A stretch of DNA of 64,000 bases from the NCBI GenBank assembly GCA_052426225.1, contig JBNJNM010000011.1, positions 3,534,001-3,598,000 of the forward strand, given 5' to 3'. The DNA comes from Zancudomyces culisetae HAW-14-8. Lineage: Eukaryota; Fungi; Kickxellomycota. Below, piece by piece: positions 34,649 to 45,678 of the stretch (position 1 is its first letter; each line of letters opens with the position of its first letter). Under the pieces are notes generated by a model that saw only the letters and a list, made by a program, of their open reading frames with translations, had not been told where the DNA came from and ran no database searches. A program made the translations under genes and the position numbers.

Positions 34649-35375
34649 ATGATTTCGAGATTAGCAAAGATGTTTCCAGGTGATCCAAAGGATCATTTGA
34701 AGACAACACAATTGGATTCAATCCCAGAGCCCGAAAACACGGATGTTATATTTTCAACTTTCTCCATGGTTTTATGTAAGTGCACATCTTTCTTTTTTCT
34801 TGGACATTATAATTAATTATTTTGAGTTTTGAGTTTTGGGTTTTGGGTTTTTCACTCGCATTGCACACCGAAATCATGGAAAGATGCCCTTTTAAATTCT
34901 AATTAATTACTAAACGGAATTTACAATCCAAATCTAAAAAGCATACAAACCTTAAATATGTGTAGCTCTTATTACAATGGTTATCAGGGTAAGTATTTGA
35001 GTCGTCGATCCGACTTTTTATGGATACCATTTATTGTGTTTATGCTGTTTTTTTAGTTACACTAGAACCTCTTTGCTTTTAGAAAAGAATTCATACAACA
35101 GCCATTCTAGGTAGTTTCCAATCTTTATTGCGCAGATGAGCGTGCAAAACCATAGTTTACTTTTTCTACAACAATTATTTGCTGACATACGACAATAGAA
35201 CAAATATGTTGCATGGGCCTCTATGTATTGTGCAATGGTCGCCATTTCCACCGAGCGATACACAGCTGCAGACAAAGCAAGCATCTACACGCTGTTCGCC
35301 TTTAGTATTATGTCCTTGGTGTCAACGTATACAATAGAAGTTATGTATGTCGCAGGGGTTCTCTTTGGGAAGTGA
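34649..35375 (+). CDS. PAT complex subunit Asterix / WDR83OS-like (UPF0139), 108 aa, 3 exons
   Basis: Exons 34649-34775, 34966-34988 (23-nt micro-exon), 35199-35375 give ...ENTDVIFSTFSMVLSLITMVIRNKYVAWASMYCAMVAISTER...LFAFSIMSLVSTY...GK*. Size, three hydrophobic segments and the RNKxxxW motif fit Asterix. Confidence 0.75.
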
Positions 35376-35847
35376 GTAGAGCGTCACGTTTTATTGAAGA
35401 ATAGGGGGTAGAGTTTCCCTTTTTATTCTTTTTGCTGCCGATGTGTCAGGATACAACTTGCATAATAAATTATTTATGTCTTTCTACGTGCACTCAAAAT
35501 ATAATATGAGCATATAAATGTACTTAGTTTTTCATCAAGTGGGATAGTTATTTTTGTGGTTATTAGTGTTTACCACTCGTCAACTTTACCTCCTAGACCA
35601 CAAAATTATTTTGGTAAACCAATTAATAAATCCACCTGCTAAACCCATTTTCTCTATGCAAGTTAAACGATGGTAATAAGGAAAAATGTCGATACCTCAC
35701 AACAAACAAAAAATAATCACTCCTGATAGAATGCAGAATAGTACTTGTTATCGGCTTCATTTAAATAAAAAAAAAGCACCAAATCCAAATCAACAAAACG
35801 CTAAGCAAATATAAAAGCTCCAAGTGGGGTGTGACCCGCATAGTCCG

Positions 35848-36703
35848 CTAGGACATTTGTATTATACCTTTGCTTTTCATTAACGTGAGCAAGTCTTGCA
35901 TACAAGCAAGCTCTTTTCGGTCCAACAAGTCGAACTCCTGAGCAAATATTACAAAATGAGCAAAAAGACTGTTCAAATGGCCCTCGAGTCTTAGATTTGC
36001 GATTATTTTAATATGTGCCCAGTATATATGAGCAACGACTCTGAACAGCTGTCTATAAATAATTCTTAGAGTCACGCCAAAGTCTCTTGGAAAAGTTAAG
36101 CCGGCCCTGGTGGGAAAAACTCTTTGATCTTCCAACAAATCATGCACCTGCGACAACACATAATCAATGTATTGTGGTGCAGATAGCTTTACAGTTCTTC
36201 TCTGGTTATCTGTCCATAGAAACTCATGACTATAGTGAATAAAAAATAATGTTAAAGCAGAAAGTTGATATTTGGTAATAAAATAAAATTCAGAATTGGG
36301 GAATTTGACTCTTACTTTGGTCCGGCGTTCATAACAGGGCAATCAGATATAGTACATTCCTCCGAAACAACATCGTAAAACATGTTTATCAGGTTGAAAA
36401 AGTCAAATGCTATGGTTTAAAGAAAAAGAAAGAAATTAAAGAGATGGTTAGTTGATTCTCAAGTAGGATTATTTCTATTCAAATACTTAAACCACAGCTC
36501 TTACTGCTAATTGCAAGCCACTCATTTATGTCTACGTATTTTGGAAGTTTCACTACTGACTTGAAATCTCCTTTTACAAGCTGTGCATTCACCAGATGCT
36601 CATTCAAAAATAAAGGGGACTCGGCTGCTGTCAATTGTGCCTGAGTTGTTGATAGCCTTTGCTTAGTTATATTTGCTAATTTTCCAAATCCAAAGAAACT
36701 CAT
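35848..36703 (-). CDS. MOB2: MOB kinase activator, Mob2-like (3 exons)
   Basis: Exons 36703-36505, 36409-36316, 36229-35848. Motifs LVKGDFKSVVKLPKYVDINEWLA, FDFFNLINMFY, CPVMNAGP, APQYIDYV, VFPTRAG and HLNSLFAHF. Confidence 0.9.
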
Positions 36704-38001
36704 TTTATTGATCTATCCGCTTCGTTTTGACTTTTTCTCTGTTATCCCACTTTTAAAAAGAGCCCGAAATGTCTTAGTTTGGTTTTTCCAGAGTAGGCGC
36801 TGATACTACAGTAAATCAAATGTCTACTCCAACAAAAGGGACAATCTAATACTTTTGTTTGCTCTCTACCTTGCAATTTTCCCTAAATATATACTTTCGA
36901 TACACTCAGTAAATGCTTTTTAGGTGTTAACAACAGTAATATGACGATTAGATATCTATGTGGCCCGAATATACGTCTAAACTCTTCAAATCCGTGTTGC
37001 TCCTTTATTCTATGCAAGGTTTATTTGAGGTTAGGTTTCCTCTTTAGTTGAAGTGTAATTGAACCTGCCTTTTCATTGGTCCAAACAGGGGTCATGATAT
37101 TGTGAACAAAAGCCTGTAATTGTTTTTTTTTTGTTTCTTTTTACTAGCCCTACACATTTGCCACTGCAGTTCGAAAAGGCTCACAATACTTAATAAAATA
37201 ATAATAATAGGAATGCCCCAATAATAAAAACAAGTTTAGTAAACTTTCACAGGCAATTGGTAACGAATCCTCCACAAATAAATGGAAAAAAGAAAACGTG
37301 AGCATCATCTTTAAAACATAAAACGAAAAACGCAACACGCGCACGACTTAAAGCTAAAGTCTATTGTTGGATTTTCTGCTTTCAAAAAATGTTAGAATTA
37401 CACTACCTTGAACCATGGCTATGTCCTTTTGGCGAAATCCAGTAATACTTTTTACTAGATCAAGCTTAAAACAATATTAAGTAACTATTTATTTGCACCT
37501 AAAAGAGTAGTGGTCTTATTTTTTTTTGAAGAATGCACTTTCTTAAATACCCTCAGCCCGAGTCCAATATGATTACACATACATGAGCACAGACGTAGTC
37601 CCATGAAAAAGGTACAATGACAGCTTTAGTAAGCAGACTAGAGAGTAGCATGTGGAGGTCGTATGGCTTTTATAAATAACTGTAAACGTGATGGGTTACT
37701 GGTTTTTATGGCAAATAAATACTCTGAACACAGATATTTGTTGTATTCGAGATGTACAGATTATCAAATTAAAAAAGTAGTTAATGGTCATGTTGGTGTG
37801 GCAGTAAAAATGCCTCAAAAAATGCATGCAACGAGTTTTATATATATATGTATATATATTCCTACGTATAAATCTTCTATCGATCGCTACTTGAACAGGG
37901 CGCTAATAGTCTACAAATTTCCTGAAGCATTTAAAGGAGTATACTCAAAAAGGTACAGGGCGATGTTCTATAACAAAATTCTTTTGTAAATAAACGGTAG
38001 G

Positions 38002-38337
38002 CTAGAGATTTCTCTCAAGAAATTTGTTGAATCTTGGAGACAAACTATTCAGAAATAAACCCGTATCCCGAATAATAGAATTCCACTGCTCTGTAAGAAT
38101 AGGTTTGACATTTGTATCGTATCTCTTGATGAATTTTCTGTACTTGTCTACGGTAGTTACATCCCCACTGTTGTTTTCCAACGCCGGTTTTTCATCGTCT
38201 GAGCTTTGGATCCGACTTAAATATGCTAATCTGTGCGCAAAATCCGATTGTTTATTCCCGATATACTCTGTCATCAAGTGTGTTACCCCGAGTGCAGTGG
38301 TTGATCCACCCATAAACATTAAAAGAAACTTTGACAT
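38002..38337 (-). CDS. Small mitochondrial inner-membrane protein, MICOS Mic12-like
   Basis: 111 aa with an N-terminal hydrophobic segment (FMGGSTTALGV) and a C-terminal EQWNSIIR motif resembling the Mic12 WN motif. Intronless, with a promoter-like A/T tract upstream. Confidence 0.6.
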   Translation of the reverse strand: MSKFLLMFMGGSTTALGVTHLMTEYIGNKQSDFAHRLAYLSRIQSSDDEKPALENNSGDVTTVDKYRKFIKRYDTNVKPILTEQWNSIIRDTGLFLNSLSPRFNKFLERNL

Positions 38338-39301
38338 TTTGCCACAATTTACTTTTCTCTTACTTTTTTTCTTTTATTGTTGCATGTAAACAACAAGTAT
38401 AATGTAGAGGTGTAGGAAGGCCGGAAATGCAAATTGAGATAGTTGGTTTTAGGCAGAAAGAGCTGAACTGGCAAACCTGTGAATCTTAAATCTGCTGACA
38501 TAAAAAATTGTGTTCTACGCACCAATCTCTCCACGAAAAAAAATTTTTTTCTGGCTTTGTTCCAATTAAGTTGTGGCCATATCAGTTTGATTGCGATTTT
38601 TCTATTTCGCTTTTTAGGACTCGCATTCCACAGAAAGTGGGGAATTGTAAATTGACAAAAATGGCCTTTGTATACGAGACCATGCCTTCATTTTATTAAA
38701 AGCAAAGAATGCTATGCAGCGAGTTTGTACGTTGAAGAATCCAAATGATGGAAAGGGTGAATTGGGACTCCAACGCTAATATCGCTTCCAGATTGAAGCT
38801 GACTAGAAGCCCCCGCAAGGAATGTAGCGGAAAGGAATAACCCCAACATAGACCAAAACGTTATTCTTGGTATGCATAAGCGAAATCCACTTTGTATATC
38901 TTTCTTATCGAATGTCCTTACATATTGAACTTGTGTAACAACCAAATTGACAGTAATGAGAAAGACAATACTGAAAGCTATCCAATGGGATGGCGCTGGC
39001 AGATAAGAAAAAATAAACAAACATAACGATTTAATTGGTAAAAGACAAAAAAGATCAGACCCTCAAATCGACAGCTAGAAATGGTAACCTGATATCAACT
39101 TTTTTTACGAGATAGCGGTTTGTTGGAACGACACATTTTTTTATTCCAAAGAAATTTCTCCGCCATAACCATTTTTTTGAGATAGAAAAAAAAGGTGATA
39201 TGATATATAAAGACATAGCCACATAAATAACTGTGCATAACCCAAACCCTTTTATCTTGTGAGTGGAAAAATAAAGGATACTGTCATCAAATATGAGCGG
39301 A

Positions 39302-41087
39302 ATGTTACAATCTGTTTCGAGAGCAACCAAGGTGTGTGTTTATAAATTCGGTATATTTTGATTTTGTTCTATTGCTATTAACCTTGTCCTCTTTCAGCGC
39401 TTGCTGTTGTGGGAAAAAAAACGAAGAGGCGTTAAAATAATATGTCTGGCTGGTAATAACAATTATAGGCCAATCGAGTTTGCAATCCAAGAGCTTTGTC
39501 AAGAAACTTTGGCACGAGCTTCGCAGCCATGCAAAAAGTCAGAATTGAAAAGGACACAATGGGTGAGCTTGAGGTTCCAGCCGATAAGTACTGGGGTTGC
39601 CAAACACAAAGGTAAGATCTATTTTTAAATCGCTCATCACTCTATGTATGTTTGTTTTTCATTAGTTCATGCGCAAAAATGTGGGGAGAGAAGAAAAAGG
39701 AAAAAAGGAATAGGAAAGGAGAAGAGACATAACTAAGTTGATTTATTAACCTTTTAGGTCACTAATGAACTTTAAGATTGCCAATGATACTGACAGAATG
39801 CCCTTGCCAGTTGTAAAAGCCATGGGTATATTGAAGAAGGCCGCAGCAGCAGTCAACGTTAAATTCGGTCTAGATAAAGTAAAGTCTGAAGCAATTCAGA
39901 AGGCAGCACAAGAAGTCATTGACGGAAAACTCAACGACTCTTTTCCATTGGTTGTATGGCAAACCGGTTCAGGAACGCAATCCAACATGAATGTTAACGA
40001 AGTAATTTCTAACAGAGCTATTGAAATAATGGGCGGGGAAATGGGAAGCAAGAAGCCTGTACATCCAAACGATGATGTAAACAAGTCACAGTCTTCAAAT
40101 GACACATTCCCAACAGCCATGCATATTTCGGCAGCATTGGAGGTTACTGAAAAATTGATTCCTTCAATAAAGAAACTTCAGGAGGCTCTGCATCAAAAGA
40201 GCGTTGAATTCAAAGATATTATAAAAATCGGAAGAACCCATCTTCAAGATGCAACTCCTCTTACACTGGGACAAGAATTCAGTGGGTACTCGCAAATGCT
40301 GATCAACGGCATAGCTAGAATCCAGGATACACTTCCTCGGTTGACCCAGCTAGCAATTGGTGGAACAGCTGTTGGAACTGGCCTCAACACCTATGTTGGC
40401 TTCGATGTTGAAATGGCCAAGGAAATATCAAACATTGCAGGAGTCGAGTTCAAACCTGCAGCTAACAAGTTTGAGGCTCTTGCATCACATGATGCATTGG
40501 TAGAGGTTTCTGGTGCTCTCAACACAGTTGCCGCATCCCTATTCAAAATAGCTTCTGACATCAGACTATTGGGATCAGGCCCTCGCTGTGGTCTTGGTGA
40601 ACTGAGCCTTCCTGAGAACGAACCAGGGTCCTCAATTATGCCAGGAAAAGTCAATCCAACTCAATGTGAATCAATGACTATGGTTTGTGCCCAGGTCTTT
40701 GGAAACCATACCGCTACCACTTTTGCTGGTGCAAATGGCCATTTTGAACTTAATGTGTTCAAGCCAGTTATGATTTACAATGTTCTCCACTCCATCCGCC
40801 TCTTGTCAGATTCATGTGACTCCTTCCGTGAACACTGTGTCGTCGGGATCGTTGCAAACGAGGCCAGAATCAATAAATTGCTCAATGAGAGCTTGATGCT
40901 TGTAACTGCACTTAATCCATTCATTGGATACGATAATGCTGCCAAATGTGCCAAATTGGCCCACAAAGAGGGCACAACTTTGAAAGAAGCCGCAATAAAG
41001 CTTGGTGTATTGACCTCCGAGCAATTTGATGAATGGGTAAGACCCGAAAAGATGCTTGGCCCTGTACCTTATGTCCCAAAAAAATAA
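39302..41087 (+). CDS. FUM1: Class II fumarate hydratase with mitochondrial presequence (3 exons)
   Basis: Exons 39302-39331, 39469-39611, 39758-41087 give [63 protein letters not shown]. Also [20 protein letters not shown] and the signature [11 protein letters not shown]. Confidence 0.95.
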
Positions 41088-41367
41088 AATCTTGAATATA
41101 CTGCTTTTTATTTTCGACTTTGAATAAAGTTCCTATTTTGACAGTACAAAATTCAATTTGGCTTTCTTTGTATGAAGATTTTATAAAATACTCAATAAAA
41201 AAAATTAAAACAAGCTACCAAGGTTTTTTGTTCTACAAAAATTGTCAATATACGAAATGCATATAAGCCCTTGGCCTATTTACGATACCTTCAAACAATC
41301 TGATATATAAAAAATACGACTGGGTTTCCAGTAAAAGTAGAGGCCGAAATAAAAAAGTAACTCAAAA

Positions 41368-42555
41368 CTAAAACGTTGTTATTCCCATGGAAACCGATAT
41401 ACTAATGGTAGATATTAAAGTATAAATGACATCACTTGCACATAATCCATCTAGAGCAGAAGTGGCCACGATGTCCTTAATGATAGGTTCAATAAGGGAG
41501 GAGATTGCATTGAGGAAATCTAGATATGAGTCAACTAGGTTGGGAAGATCTGTAGACATTTTCTGGGTTTGACCAAGCAAGAAGGGTAGTACCTGGGACA
41601 CAACTCCTAGCTTTTTTCCAGAAAGAATATTGAGTGCTGTATTGATAACTGGGGTTGGTTCGCCAGATGCGAGAGACACAAATGATGCAAATGTGTCTAC
41701 GAACAAAGTAACGGTGTGATCATCGCCGTTGAAATACGACTGGACGATTTCCCCAAATGAACTACCGCCACCATTGTCGGTTAGTGCTTTTGCAAACCCA
41801 CTAGAACATCCAAAGACTTTTGACAGCGTAGTGTCAAACTTATTAGCAACTGGTTCAATATTGGTGGAATTGATTTTGAAACTTCTGTTGGTGATTACCT
41901 GTTTGTTGAATGCAGATAAAAAGTTATTGAATTGGTTCTTTAACTGGTCATTACTTTTTACGGAATTAAACAGAACTGCGAATGTATCTGATGCCTTTTT
42001 TTCATTTCCAGAAAGTGCTCTCAAAGCTGTGCTGACTTTTTGGGTTGATGAATCAGAGCCATTAGTGAATATTTCTATTGATCTGTCAAGTGTAACAGCA
42101 ACGGTGTCGCTGTTATCTTCAAAAGATGTATTCAACGTCTCCAAGTACAGTGAGAAGTCGGATGTGTCATTTTTGAGTTGTGAGCTCAGCGTATCAAGAA
42201 TCTTTCCGGTCTTTTGTGAAGATCCGGCTGCTATACCCGAGTTCAAAGTACGCATAGTCCTGTAAAACACACTTTTTCTGATATCATTCAACCTGTCGCG
42301 CCTTCTTAGTAACCCTTGATTCTCGATTATATCTGTGCTTTTCGTTTTAATACATTCAATGCCAGTACCCACTTTGCTGCAAAATGTCCCAATAGTACAT
42401 GAGTCTTTGGAAATTTCCCCATTATGACAATATTCGAATTCTCTACCAGTTCCATCATTGTTAGTGCACCACGCACTCTTCTCTCTGCAGCTCGTGGTTA
42501 ATACCGCAGCCCCTATTGTATATGGTACTAAAATCAAAGGCAAAATAGTACGCAT
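41368..42555 (-). CDS. Secreted/anchored protein: CBM19-like six-Cys module plus unknown helical domain
   Basis: Signal peptide; C-x6-C-x12-C-x9-C-xxGT-x-C-x8-C module; RRR polybasic site at aa 84-86; about 290-aa Ser/Thr/Asn-rich amphipathic region; hydrophobic C-terminus. Confidence 0.8.
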   Translation of the reverse strand: MRTILPLILVPYTIGAAVLTTSCREKSAWCTNNDGTGREFEYCHNGEISKDSCTIGTFCSKVGTGIECIKTKSTDIIENQGLLRRRDRLNDIRKSVFYRTMRTLNSGIAAGSSQKTGKILDTLSSQLKNDTSDFSLYLETLNTSFEDNSDTVAVTLDRSIEIFTNGSDSSTQKVSTALRALSGNEKKASDTFAVLFNSVKSNDQLKNQFNNFLSAFNKQVITNRSFKINSTNIEPVANKFDTTLSKVFGCSSGFAKALTDNGGGSSFGEIVQSYFNGDDHTVTLFVDTFASFVSLASGEPTPVINTALNILSGKKLGVVSQVLPFLLGQTQKMSTDLPNLVDSYLDFLNAISSLIEPIIKDIVATSALDGLCASDVIYTLISTISISVSMGITTF

Positions 42556-44974
42556 TTGTTGTTTTTATTTTGACTATTAGGCTTTTAATACAATGAAATA
42601 TATGAATATAATGAAGAATATTGCATTTAGTTTTATATTTTATCATTGTGGGCATTTAATCTGCTTAAATGTTCCTAATTGAATGTAGCTTTTCTTGGTT
42701 CTATACTTGGAAACCGAATACAATTATCAAATAATTACATAATCGCAATAATATTAATAAAGTTTTATTTACAAAGTTTTTTGTTTAAAATACGTAATAG
42801 TGAAATAGTTCTAACAAAAGCAAAAAGCTATAAATACACATACATGGTAATTTTCAATTCTATGAAAATGCTATTTTAGACACCGCCTATAAAAAGCTAG
42901 ATCTTTTAATATTATTGTTCATAGTTAACAAGACGTACATGAACACAGCGAGCTAATGACCGGATTTACATAATACTAATGCTTTGTACTTTATGTTTTA
43001 CACAAAATATACATGTGGTAGCCTTTGCAAAGAGATAACAAGCTCCATGGTTGTAATGAGAGAGCATTTTATTTTGTAAAACACAAAGGCTTAGCATAAA
43101 TTTTTGATTTCGGATTAACATAACTTATTACCTTTCTTTCTGTTTTTTATCAACTTTGGGAACCAACGTTTACATAAACCAAAATCCAACTACTTGTACA
43201 TTTATTCCCTAGTATAGTCACACTCGACTTTTGCAGCAATATATTAGCTATAAGCGCGGGAAATAATCAATATACACTGTTTTATGGGTATATATGAATG
43301 AAAAAGCGTGTATGACAAAAGAAAATTGTGTCGGTTTAACCACAGGTATATTTGGAGCAGTAGTGAGAGGCAGTTGCTTCAGAGTGCAAGACAGTTGTTG
43401 TACTCTTCACTTTTAAAACACAATAGTATTGCTTGAAATCCATTGATGCACTGTGCAGTCCTAAATGTCGCATGTGTATACACTGATGTGTATAGTTCCT
43501 CAAATAAAGCAGCATATCACCAGCACAGAGTACGTTAATATTCCAATGAAATAACTGACTGTTTCCACCAGTATCTAAAATTTACTGCTTTTCTTTCAAA
43601 GCAAATAACTACTGGTGACTTTGTACAAATTTTTTTTTCGTGTAGTACCTAAGCTATGAACCCGAAATGCAGACTAATTCAAAACAAATTAGTCTCACCT
43701 CATAACCCCATTGATAAGTCAAAAAATTCCCGATTCGCAAGACATTATAAAAAGATCAATCCGACCCAATTCAACTCAATTCGTAAGAACATGCAGATAG
43801 CCAGCTTTTGATAGGCAAATATCCCAGTCTTATACTATTTTAAATGCGTTCATTTTATTTGAATTGGCTATGTTACTAAACAACTAAAATGTAGTATAGT
43901 AAACAACTAAAAACATACAGTGGTAACCCCGCTTCGATAAAGGAAGACTGATGGTGAGATCATGCAATATCTGTAGTTTTAGATATAAAAAAAAGCTTGA
44001 AAAATTACAACATTCATAGCTTGGCAAACCTAACTATGATAAATGTGTTATTGCATACTCCAAAAGTGAAACTTTTTATTAAAATCTTACAAGCCTGGGT
44101 CCGAGATCCAAGGACCCTTGTATAAGAAAGTGGATGTATCTAATAATTATAAAAAAGTGATTAATATTCTACAAGTGTGAATACTATGATGTTTACTCTA
44201 TAAACGCATAGATCAAAAAAAATGAGTACTGGATAGTTCACCAATACATTTGTTGTTCAGCTTCATCGTTCGTATATCAAGTTGAGTAACTCACAGTACG
44301 ATATCTATACTATTTTGATCATAAAAGTTTAGCATAATTTATATTTGGAATAAACAGCATTCCTTTCTCTTTCTCTTTCTTTTTTTGGTGGGCTAGGGTA
44401 TAGATAATAATCAAGCAGGAAAAAATAGAGTATGAAAATAGCGTTTAATATTCTATATCATCCATACTATGATTGTCGCAAATATATGATGACAAGAATT
44501 AAAATTTTCTTGTTTCAGTCCACGCTGGTTAGTATTACAACTATGTCGATGCATACTTTCTATCATATTAAATTAATATGGATATCAAATACTTTAATGA
44601 ATCCCTAAGGGATCTATAACAAGCATAAAAATATTACCAATAACCTTAATGATAGTATTGGCTTCAGCGAGTATATATGGGAGGGGGCATTAATAGCGCA
44701 TTTTGTCTGTTTTCACTGCCTCTATTTTCAAAGAGTCGCATTTAATATTTTTTTGGTAGCTCAGAAAAGAGTATCAGTGTTGTTGTTGGGACTAATTATT
44801 TTTTGATAAACAAATTATTCTCAATAGTTAATCAAAATATAAAATCATCTGCTGATTTATCTAATCCGAGTTAACAGACAGTTATTGTATAAAAAAAATA
44901 TAGGATATATTAAAATAATAAACGGGTCACATAATATTAAATAAGAGACTTAACGAGAAAACATATTGTTCAGA

Positions 44975-45325
44975 ATGGAATCAAATGTTAATTCTAACCT
45001 AAATCAACAACCGAATCAGGAAGTAAGGGATGATAACAAAGCGTCTCAACAATTGAACGGAAGCAAAAAATTGGGCCATTCGGTACTTTCACGACGACAA
45101 GATCAACAGGTTCGTGCACTACAGGTCAAGGAAATGATGAAACTGTGTGACGAGTATGTAAAGGAATTTGTCGAGTGTAGCCGTGACCGAACAATCTCTA
45201 TCGTTTGGGCATGTAAGGACAAGAAAAAGCAAATGATGGATTGTTTGAGGAAGGTGGAGACTCTTGATAATCTTGACAAAGTTAAATTCAGGTATCTAGA
45301 AAATCGCGAAAATCCAAAAGAATGA
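44975..45325 (+). CDS. CMC1: COX assembly twin-CX9C protein Cmc1
   Basis: ATG 44975. Sequence LSRRQDQQVR...CDEYVKEFVEC..DRTISIVWACKDKKKQMMDC contains two CX9C motifs. Confidence 0.85.
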   Translation: MESNVNSNLNQQPNQEVRDDNKASQQLNGSKKLGHSVLSRRQDQQVRALQVKEMMKLCDEYVKEFVECSRDRTISIVWACKDKKKQMMDCLRKVETLDNLDKVKFRYLENRENPKE

Positions 45326-45678
45326 TGTTTAGAATGTTGAAGCACTGGAGAAGATTCTTGTTCAGCGTTTATTTTTTTTAAAAAAAAAAGTAAAAGTAAA
45401 AAAGTAGGAAAAAGTGCAAGGAGGAGAGTGCGGATATTTTGATTCAAAGCGCGTGTTAAATAGCTGAAGGTTTGATAGAAAGGACCAAGTTTCCTGCTGA
45501 TACTATTTCTTATAGAGTTTTATTGACAACTTATTGATGATTTAAAATATAAAAAGATACATTGAAAGACATAGATATACCTGTTAATACAATTAGAGAG
45601 AACACTAGCCACCAATAAAGATATGAAAAGCGAGGAGATATAAATAAGTTTTCTAAAAATAAATTTCTCGCGCCCAAA

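Noticed and set aside
38712-39330. Hydrophobic minus-strand ORFs between MIC12-like and FUM1
   Set aside because: Non-ATG starts, overlap with FUM1 exon 1 and its promoter, and no splice model or family found.
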